From: Myxococcota bacterium
GTDB lineage: Bacteria; Myxococcota_A; Polyangia; Polyangiales; Houyiibacteriaceae
Length of the DNA: 64,000 bases
Direction: 5' to 3'
NCBI GenBank assembly: GCA_039030515.1
Contig: JBCCEA010000023.1
Span: 1 to 64,000, forward strand
Shown here: piece after piece, positions 57,058 to 64,000 of the stretch
Layout of the letters: each line of letters begins with the position of its first letter
How positions within the stretch are numbered: the first letter of the stretch is position 1
Position numbers and translations under genes: made by a program
Notes under the pieces: generated by a model
What the model saw: the letters and a program-made list of their open reading frames with translations, nothing else
What the model was told of the DNA's origin: nothing
Databases searched by the model: none

Positions 57058-58383
57058 ATGCCGAGCATCGTCAGGCCCATGCTCAGCTTGGCCCTACTGA
57101 CGCTGCCGTCCACAGCGCGTGCGGATGTGTTGGGAGAACTAGCGGGCGGTGTCCGAGGTGCACTTGACTCCGGCAGCATGGGCCTCGCGTTGGTCATGAT
57201 CTTCGCCGCGGGATTTGCGAGTGCCCTGACTCCTTGCGTCTATCCCATGATCGGGATCACGGTGAGTATCTTTGGGGCAAAGCAGGCCAAAAGCCGAGCG
57301 GAGGCTGCGCTGCTCTCCGGGTCTTTTGTGCTCGGAATCGCGGCTCTATTCACCCCTTTGGGCATGGTCTCAGCGCTTACCGGATCGGTGCTCGGATCCA
57401 CTAGTGCCAATCCTTGGGTCATGATACCGCTTTCCTTACTCTTCTTTCTCATGGCGCTTTCGATGCTTGGCGCCTTCAACCTGAGCTTACCGGCTGGCCT
57501 GCAAAATCGCGTATCGCAACTTGGAGGCAAAGGCTATCGAGGGTCCTTCTTGGTTGGCGTGGCCTGTGGTCTTGTGGCCGCACCCTGCACTGGCCCGGTC
57601 CTCACCGTGCTCCTAGCCTGGGTCAGTACGACGCAAAATATGAGTTTTGGCGCCACCTCTCTATTCGTCTATTCACTTGGACTGGGAAGCTTGTTCTTCA
57701 TCGTGGGAACCTTTGCGGCTTCGCTCCCGAAGTCGGGAGGGTGGCTCGAGCATGTAAAAAGCGCGTTCGGTGTATTGATGTTGGTCTTGGCACTCGACTA
57801 CGCCTCACCCTTCTTTGCGGAATGGACTTCTTTCGACTTCCCCGCGCACCGGAGCCACTTGTGGGCGGTCGGTGCCGGCATCGCGACGGTCGTAGGAGGA
57901 GCCCTCGGCGCAATCCATCTAAGCTACTCTGGAAGCAACGCGCAGAGGATCAGAAAAACCTTGGGCATCATCCTGATGACCGGAGGCATCTTTAGTGCCC
58001 TCGGCTGGCTCAGCGCACTCCCGAAGGGCGCTCGAATCGCATGGCAAGAACACTACGCTGCCGCTCGAGAGCACGCTCAACGCAATAAGAAGCCTATGCT
58101 CGTCGACTTTGGTGCCTCATGGTGCAAGGCCTGCGAGGAACTCGATCATGAAACCCTTGCCGATCCTCGAGTAGTCACCGAATCACGGCGATTCGTTTCA
58201 GTACGTATCGACCTTTCTGCAGGATCCGCGACAGAAGAAGCATGGTCGCTCCTCCGAGACGACTACGGTCAACCCGGCCTACCATTCATCGTACTTCACG
58301 ATCGGGAAGGCCTCGAGGTACATCGGGTGACCGGCCCCCTAGGAGCAGACGACTTTCTGACCATGATGCGGTCCATTGAATGA
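57058..58383 (+). CDS. dsbD: Thiol:disulfide interchange protein, DsbD/CcdA transmembrane domain + thioredoxin
   Basis: LTPCVYPMI, APCTGP, LPKSGGW, DFGASWCKAC; no N-terminal Ig-like domain apparent. Confidence 0.88.
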   Translation: MPSIVRPMLSLALLTLPSTARADVLGELAGGVRGALDSGSMGLALVMIFAAGFASALTPCVYPMIGITVSIFGAKQAKSRAEAALLSGSFVLGIAALFTPLGMVSALTGSVLGSTSANPWVMIPLSLLFFLMALSMLGAFNLSLPAGLQNRVSQLGGKGYRGSFLVGVACGLVAAPCTGPVLTVLLAWVSTTQNMSFGATSLFVYSLGLGSLFFIVGTFAASLPKSGGWLEHVKSAFGVLMLVLALDYASPFFAEWTSFDFPAHRSHLWAVGAGIATVVGGALGAIHLSYSGSNAQRIRKTLGIILMTGGIFSALGWLSALPKGARIAWQEHYAAAREHAQRNKKPMLVDFGASWCKACEELDHETLADPRVVTESRRFVSVRIDLSAGSATEEAWSLLRDDYGQPGLPFIVLHDREGLEVHRVTGPLGADDFLTMMRSIE

Positions 58384-58440
58384 TCGAGGGAGCGCTCCTG
58401 CGAATCGGTCATGTAAAATTTGCGGTATCAATGCGTAATT

Positions 58441-58568
58441 CTACAGAGCATTGGGCAGCTTGCGAAAACATTGGGCAGCTCGCAAAAGCACTGGGCAGCT
58501 CGCAAAAGCACTGGGCAGCTCGCAAAAGCACTGGGCAGCTCGCAAAAGCACTGGGCAGCTCGCAAAGA
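58441..58568. repeat. 20-bp tandem repeat (4 perfect + 2 degenerate + partial) between convergent dsbD and hmgA
   Basis: CGCAAAAGCACTGGGCAGCT at 58481, 58501, 58521 and 58541; degenerate copies at 58441 and 58461. Confidence 0.95.
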
Positions 58569-58573
58569 CCCAT

Positions 58574-59734
58574 TCAGTCAAAAAAGCTTTGCATGTAGCC
58601 TGAGTCCAGCAATCGGCTCGCCCGATCGGTGAGGCTGAGTGGTGCGAAGGTATCCATCATCACCGCCAACTCGTCGGTCTGCTTGGTGCCGATGCTCTCT
58701 TCGTAGGCGCCAGGATGCGGACCGTGAGGCAACCCCATCGGATGATGCGTGATGCTACCCGGACCAACACCACGACGGCTGGTAAAGTTTCCGCGCGCGT
58801 AGAAGAGAACCTCATCACAGTCCACCGACGAATGCGGATAGGGACACGGGATCGCCTCAGGGTGAAAATCCACCGGGCGCGGCACGAAACTACAGATCAA
58901 TGCATTCCGGCAGCGAAACGTACCGTGCCAGTCGGGAGGCAAGTGAACCTGGCCCACTCTCGGCTGAAAGCAGAGAATCGGAAACGCCCACGGGTATACG
59001 CTCCCATCCCAGCCCACGTTGTCTAGCGGGGGATGCGGTAGGGCAAAGCCATGAAAACGGCCGGCACGCTTGATGAGGATTTCACGAATGCCTTCATCGA
59101 TCGGACCCTCAAACGCAGGCTTTCGAAAGTCACGATGCGTGTAGGGAGCATCCATTCTCAGTTGACCAACATCATTGCGCCACTTCGGGAGCAAACCAAA
59201 ACCTTCCGCGCACGTTAGCGAAAGCCAATACTGAGGGAGCGAGGGTTCGAGGAGGAATCGATGCGCGATACCTCTTGGGACAAAGACGTAATCTTCCTGC
59301 TCGAAAGCTACGTCTCCTAATGACGTCCTCAGTGTCCCCCTACCCTCGAAGATGAAATAGAGCTCATCCTCATCCGCATTCACATAATAGACCGGATCAT
59401 TCTGGGTGGGGCAGACCACAGAAACGCAAACATCTTGATTGAACATCAGCGGCATTTTCACATCGATCGCAGCGCCTTCGGGCCGCTCGCGCAGCGAGTG
59501 AAGATGACATTTCTGCAGTGGAACTTCAGCTGCCGCGACCACATCACCAAAGCCATGGTTCAACTCCACCGGGCGATGGAGATGCGGCCGATATTGGTGA
59601 TAGGTAATGGTATAGGGGCCGTCAAAACCACGACGGGTCACGCACTCTTCGTGCAAAAGCCCGCCGTCTTCGTTTCGGAGTTGGATGTGGTGTTTTTTTG
59701 GAACGTCACCTGCAACGATGCGTTCCAGCATCAC
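58574..59734 (-). CDS. hmgA: Homogentisate 1,2-dioxygenase
   Basis: NADEDELYF, CSFVPR, PYPHSSVDCDEVLFY, HPMGLPHGP; coupled to hppD. Confidence 0.93.
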   Translation of the reverse strand: MMLERIVAGDVPKKHHIQLRNEDGGLLHEECVTRRGFDGPYTITYHQYRPHLHRPVELNHGFGDVVAAAEVPLQKCHLHSLRERPEGAAIDVKMPLMFNQDVCVSVVCPTQNDPVYYVNADEDELYFIFEGRGTLRTSLGDVAFEQEDYVFVPRGIAHRFLLEPSLPQYWLSLTCAEGFGLLPKWRNDVGQLRMDAPYTHRDFRKPAFEGPIDEGIREILIKRAGRFHGFALPHPPLDNVGWDGSVYPWAFPILCFQPRVGQVHLPPDWHGTFRCRNALICSFVPRPVDFHPEAIPCPYPHSSVDCDEVLFYARGNFTSRRGVGPGSITHHPMGLPHGPHPGAYEESIGTKQTDELAVMMDTFAPLSLTDRASRLLDSGYMQSFFD

Positions 59735-60915
59735 TTAAGGCCTTGTTGTTGCTGACGTTCGATACTCTCGAAGAGCGCTCGGAAATTGCCGCCGCCAAAG
59801 CCCTGATCGCCTTTGCGCTGAATCACCTCAAAAAAGAAAGGTCCCGCGCTTGCGTCGTCGTGAGTACCTGCGGAGTCCTCGAGAAATATCTGTAAAAGAT
59901 AACTACGCTCTCCATTTCCATCGACGAGAACCTCCAGCTCCTTTAGTTCATCGATCGACTCGTCGATGCTGCCGATTCCTAGGGAGTCGATCCGGCCGGG
60001 AAGCATCTCGTAGTACGCCGATGGAGTTGGAAAAAAACGAACGCCCCGTCCTTTCAGCCCCCGAACAGCCGACAAGATATCCTTCGCCGCGATGGCTGCA
60101 TGCTGAATTCCATCTCCTCGCTGATCTTCGTAAAATACGTTGATCTGTGAGCTCTGAAATTGAGGACGCATCGGTTCATTGTTGGCAAATTTTACGCCGC
60201 TGACCGGATCCCACATGACGCGTGAGCGGAGCCCTGAACCCTTCTGATGTGCTGAGCCATTCTCTTGTGTTGCGCCGTCCTGAGGGAAGGACATCACATC
60301 GTTCGTATGAAACTCGATGTCCCAGTAGGACTCAAAACCAAGTACGTGCTCGAGCCAGAGAAGCGTGGGAGACATCGTTTCAAAGTTACTGGTAACGTGA
60401 TCGAACGACTGAAAACCAAAGGTGTTCACGCCTCCCAAGGGCTGCTCGTACCGATCGATGCCGGGCATCAGTCCCTGGTAGCTTGATCGTTGAATAAAAC
60501 GAAAGGTCGAACTGCCGAAGGGAGTGGTGATCGAAAACGTGCGCATCGAGCCAAACTCATCCTCAAGCGTCTGAATTTCGTCGATCGGAGTTCCGCCGCG
60601 CCGATCAAGCAATGCAAAGGTACGCTCGATGTCTTCGACCTCAAATATCAGGGCGCCCACCCCGTCTGGATGACGCTGCAGCCAGCGTGCGGCTCGACAT
60701 TCAGACGTGAGCGGCTGTGAGCACAGGACGCGACAGGCACCCGCCTCAAACACAAGAGAGCGTTGCCCCCCTCGAGTCTCCAGCTCGTCGGAGCTTTTGG
60801 CCACTTCGGCAAAGTCTAACTTCCCTGTGTAAAACGCGCGACTACGCTCCAAATCGCGCACGTAATAGTGAAGCGCTTCAAGCTTTTTGATACCCAACGA
60901 CTCAGTCTTAACCAC
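59731..60915 (-). CDS. hppD: 4-hydroxyphenylpyruvate dioxygenase
   Basis: FDHV, GIQHAA, YLLQIF, FFEVIQRKG..GFGGGNFRALFESIE. Confidence 0.93.
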   Translation of the reverse strand: MVKTESLGIKKLEALHYYVRDLERSRAFYTGKLDFAEVAKSSDELETRGGQRSLVFEAGACRVLCSQPLTSECRAARWLQRHPDGVGALIFEVEDIERTFALLDRRGGTPIDEIQTLEDEFGSMRTFSITTPFGSSTFRFIQRSSYQGLMPGIDRYEQPLGGVNTFGFQSFDHVTSNFETMSPTLLWLEHVLGFESYWDIEFHTNDVMSFPQDGATQENGSAHQKGSGLRSRVMWDPVSGVKFANNEPMRPQFQSSQINVFYEDQRGDGIQHAAIAAKDILSAVRGLKGRGVRFFPTPSAYYEMLPGRIDSLGIGSIDESIDELKELEVLVDGNGERSYLLQIFLEDSAGTHDDASAGPFFFEVIQRKGDQGFGGGNFRALFESIERQQQQGLK

Positions 60916-61012
60916 GTGCTGCTCACTTTCGCCTTATGACCAAAAACCCTACAGCAAAACCCTTAGGGCCAAAACTCAGCGCTCAGTCTGCCATCTGAGA
61001 GAGCTGTTTTGT

Positions 61013-62023
61013 TCATGTAAACCTGTCTTGCGAGGCTGCGCTCCGGTGCGTCCTACAAACCCTCTGGTCGATGCTGCCGAAGAGTGTCCGCCCGAGACCA
61101 TCCACACACTCGATGCGCACCTCGTCCCCTTCACGCAAAAACGGTGTCTCTGCTTGACCCGACTCGAGAACCTCGCGCATGCGTCGCTCCGCAAGACAAG
61201 CCACACCTCGGGACGGCTCTTTGTTGCTTACGGTGCCGCTTCCCAGGATGGTTCCCGCGGTAAAACTACGGGTTCGACAGAGATGCTCGATGAGCTCCAG
61301 GAAACTAAAGTGCATTTCAGGACCCGAATCCAGTTCGCCTATGCGGGTTCCGTTCAGTTCGACAAGCATCTTTGAATGCAGTCTACCTCCGACCATGAGT
61401 CCTTCTAAATCCGCGGGCCGAACGGCCCAGGGTGAATAGGCAGTTGACGGCTTGCCTTGAAAAAACCCAAACCCTTTCTTCAGTTCAGAAGCAATTACAT
61501 TCCGTAGGGAGACGTCGTTACACATCATCACCAGAAGAATGTGCTCACTCGCCTCACTGGCCTTGGTACCCTGAGGGGTATCACCCAAGACAACACAGAG
61601 CTCACCCTCAAAATCCAAGCCAAAGTCTTCTTCGATCAGTGGGATTGGATCGCGTGGACCGAGAAGCGTTCCGCTTCCGCCTTGGTACACGAGTGGGTCG
61701 GTGCGCAAAAACTCTGGAACGGCAACGCCTCGAGCCCGACGCACCAGCTCGATATGATTGATGTACGCCGACGCATCCACCCACTCGTACGCTCTAGGCA
61801 AAGGCGCACAAAGCGCACGCTCGTCCAGAGGCTCTCCTTCGAACGTACCGCACTCGAGCCGGGCAGCTACCTCTTCCAAACGAGTCGAAACCTCAGGCCA
61901 GCGATCGAGCGCGGTCTGCAGGGTCGGGGCGATTTCCGGAACCTTGGCAAAAGAGCCGCCGTCTGATCGAATTACGACAAGTGTTCCGTCCCTGCCTCCA
62001 GTTTTGAGAGTACCGAGTCGCAT
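61013..62023 (-). CDS. Fumarylacetoacetate hydrolase family protein
   Basis: GRDGTLVV, YQGGS, DFEGE, NDVSLRN, GSGTVSN; upstream of hppD-hmgA. Start taken at MRLGTLK. Confidence 0.92.
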   Translation of the reverse strand: MRLGTLKTGGRDGTLVVIRSDGGSFAKVPEIAPTLQTALDRWPEVSTRLEEVAARLECGTFEGEPLDERALCAPLPRAYEWVDASAYINHIELVRRARGVAVPEFLRTDPLVYQGGSGTLLGPRDPIPLIEEDFGLDFEGELCVVLGDTPQGTKASEASEHILLVMMCNDVSLRNVIASELKKGFGFFQGKPSTAYSPWAVRPADLEGLMVGGRLHSKMLVELNGTRIGELDSGPEMHFSFLELIEHLCRTRSFTAGTILGSGTVSNKEPSRGVACLAERRMREVLESGQAETPFLREGDEVRIECVDGLGRTLFGSIDQRVCRTHRSAASQDRFT

Positions 62024-62122
62024 TGAATTTGGGCTAGTGCAGCTCACGAAGCGCCGCAAGCTTCTTTTTAGGCGCGTGATCGCTGGAATTCCCCGGAGGG
62101 TGAGGGGCCTTGAATCGGCTCT

Positions 62123-64000
62123 TCAAAGAGCGAGACCCTCCATCGCCGCTTGGCCTTCCTCCGCTGGAAGCTGAGCGGGACCCTCCATCGCCGATTGGTC
62201 TTCCTCCGTTGAAGCCAGCGCACCGCCCTCACCCTGCAGGCTCAATATCGGTAAAAGCATCGAGCGAATCGCCTTTTTGTGGCGGTCGAGCGATACTTGC
62301 TGCGTCAGAGAGTCCGTCAAAGCCGCCGCTCTCGCCAGTGCATGGGGTATGCGCTGACGGTCCGTTCGGTATGCCTCGATCACGTAGGAGAGGGATTCTT
62401 CCCAAAGCCTCAATGGAGTCTCGGGCCGGGATTCCGGCGCCGAGGGGCCTTCAAAACCAAACTCGATAAATCTCTCGAAGTGCCTGCGCACATCTTGTTC
62501 TGAAACAGCAAGAGGTGCATCGAGCGACTCCAGAGCCGCTGTCTCTTCGCCCGCGAACCCGGTAGTCTTCAGGCGAGAAGGAAACAACTCTGCGGCCCCT
62601 GCCGGGTAGCGCGAGGCTCTCGATGGAAAGGACTTTTTGAGGACGGTTTCCCGGCGGCGGTTCCCGGGGGACGTCGCTTGCCTATCGGTCTCAATTGGAA
62701 CGAGGTGGGTATGGTAGTAAAGCTGACGGAAAATTTTACCGTAGATCGAACTCGAGGGGCTTCCGCGGACGATCTCCGCAAGTCCCTGATAGCGACGCAT
62801 GTCAGTGGGCGCCGAAACGCTGCGTATGGATGTAATAAAACGATCCCACTCTGCCACGTATCCCGAAAAGTAGGCGCGACGCAGAGCTACTTGGTCGAAG
62901 CGTTGTTCTTGATCGAAGCATCGCTCCCCCAAAACCCAGCAGTCTCCTCGAAAACGTTCTACGGGCTCGACAAGGAGCTCGCGCACCTTTTCCTCATAAG
63001 CCCGGCGGGTGAATGCCCCCCGGATCGATTGGGAGGCTTGGACCGAGGTCGGGGCACCACCCAGCAGGCGCGTAAGACTTAGGTCGTATCCTTTACCGTC
63101 TAGTTCGGAGATGATTTGCGATAGAGCAACCTCCGCAAAAGGAACGTCGAACAGGGCGTTTCGAACCGCATCGACCGCAGCCGCATGACGCGCAAAACCG
63201 AGCTGTGGAGCATGTTTATAAATACGGAGATAACTTCGGACTGCACTTTGCATAGGTTGAAGCCGCCGTTCCTGCTCCGGGACACGCACCGCGAGCGACC
63301 ACTTTTGCGTGATGACTGCCGAAAGCCAGCGCTGATGTGCGTCGAGGATCGTCTCGACTTCAGTCGCTTTGGATAACGTGAGGAGGAGATAAAACCGCAG
63401 CCGCTCGTAGACGCTCCAGTATTCGAGTGCACTGATTCGAGCGTACTGGGCGCTAGTGCGTTGTGAAAAGGCATTCAAATAGGCCATCTCTCCCTCTAGT
63501 AGAGGAAGCAATACAGCACGCCGGTAAAGACGCGCAAAATAGCCTCGGATATGCGGTGCAACTTCATTTTTCGCGTGCATTCCAGTCGTCGAACTGAGAA
63601 GAGATGCAGTATCGAACTCCCGCATCAAAGACAGCAGTGGTTGAAATGCCTGAGGCTGAAGAGCGGACTGAGCAGGCACGAGAGTAGAACTGCCTTGCAA
63701 AACCTGGTCAACTCGAGTCAGTAGGTGCATGTTGCGACCGTAAGAGAAAAGAGAAAGGCATGAAACACATAGTGCGACGCCAACTATGCTTCCTAAAATA
63801 GCGTGCCGTACTCGACGCTGCCGCCTTTGTTCTGTGGGCGTGTAAACTAATGAATGGAAATCAGAAAATACAACCTTCAGGAATAAGTCGCGCAGAAAAA
63901 AAATTTCTTGGCTACTGCGACCTCTCGGCGGCCTATATTCGGCGATTCCGAGGGTGCCTGCGATTTGGCCCCTGATCCGATCGATAGGACGACCATCCTG
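62123..64000 (-). CDS. tssM: Type VI secretion membrane subunit TssM/IcmF-like (5' part outside window; C-terminal domain appears missing)
   Basis: The frame is open from 64000: QDGRPIDR...FFLRDLFLKVVF, then a TM and SYGRN, followed by IcmF-related motifs (YERLRFYLLL, IRGAFTRRAY, WVLG, YFSGYVAEWDRFI). Confidence 0.8.
   Translation of the reverse strand, partial: QDGRPIDRIRGQIAGTLGIAEYRPPRGRSSQEIFFLRDLFLKVVFSDFHSLVYTPTEQRRQRRVRHAILGSIVGVALCVSCLSLFSYGRNMHLLTRVDQVLQGSSTLVPAQSALQPQAFQPLLSLMREFDTASLLSSTTGMHAKNEVAPHIRGYFARLYRRAVLLPLLEGEMAYLNAFSQRTSAQYARISALEYWSVYERLRFYLLLTLSKATEVETILDAHQRWLSAVITQKWSLAVRVPEQERRLQPMQSAVRSYLRIYKHAPQLGFARHAAAVDAVRNALFDVPFAEVALSQIISELDGKGYDLSLTRLLGGAPTSVQASQSIRGAFTRRAYEEKVRELLVEPVERFRGDCWVLGERCFDQEQRFDQVALRRAYFSGYVAEWDRFITSIRSVSAPTDMRRYQGLAEIVRGSPSSSIYGKIFRQLYYHTHLVPIETDRQATSPGNRRRETVLKKSFPSRASRYPAGAAELFPSRLKTTGFAGEETAALESLDAPLAVSEQDVRRHFERFIEFGFEGPSAPESRPETPLRLWEESLSYVIEAYRTDRQRIPHALARAAALTDSLTQQVSLDRHKKAIRSMLLPILSLQGEGGALASTEEDQSAMEGPAQLPAEEGQAAMEGLAL
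62128..62216. repeat. Imperfect 45-bp tandem duplication at the 3' end of the tssM-like gene
   Basis: GAGCGAGACCCTCCATCGCCGCTTGGCCTTCCTCCGCTGGAAGC at 62128 and GAGCGGGACCCTCCATCGCCGATTGGTCTTCCTCCGTTGAAGC at 62173. Confidence 0.85.

Noticed and set aside
58441..58568. Possible CRISPR array
   Set aside because: Head-to-tail repeats with no unique spacers and no cas genes in the window. The same applies to 43282-43356 and 30911-30999.

Overview
Mostly core chromosome of a myxobacterium. Myxococcota, probably Polyangia-like, is inferred from gene content: a CdbA-like RHH protein, a myxosortase-like protease, a giant TPR protein, DUF4388-type modules and an HzsA-like lipoprotein. Housekeeping genes are rluB, lepA, miaB, Omp85/TamB, glmM, the tilS-ftsH-folP-cdaA-cdaR block, yajC-secD-secF-recJ, ilvE, dnaG-rpoD, nadC-birA-ygfZ-iscA, dsbD and the tyrosine catabolism genes fah-hppD-hmgA. 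Features read from the DNA and absent from the ORF track are a frameshifted ISAs1-family IS remnant at the left edge, tRNA-fMet with promoter and terminator, tRNA-Ile2, a probable 6S RNA downstream of rpoD, five short tandem repeats (17, 20, 22, 25 and 45 bp periods) and the upstream part of a C-terminally truncated TssM at the right edge. The best candidate for an uncharacterised system is an envelope redox module: an HzsA-like heme lipoprotein, a secreted CxxC-HEAT protein, a small membrane protein and a divergent DsbD. Other candidates are a pseudo-Hsp70 with a nearby pseudo-receiver/degenerate-J/TPR protein, and a coupled pair of DxDxDG-repeat lipoproteins. All calls come from reading motifs by eye; no database search was run and several start codons are estimates.
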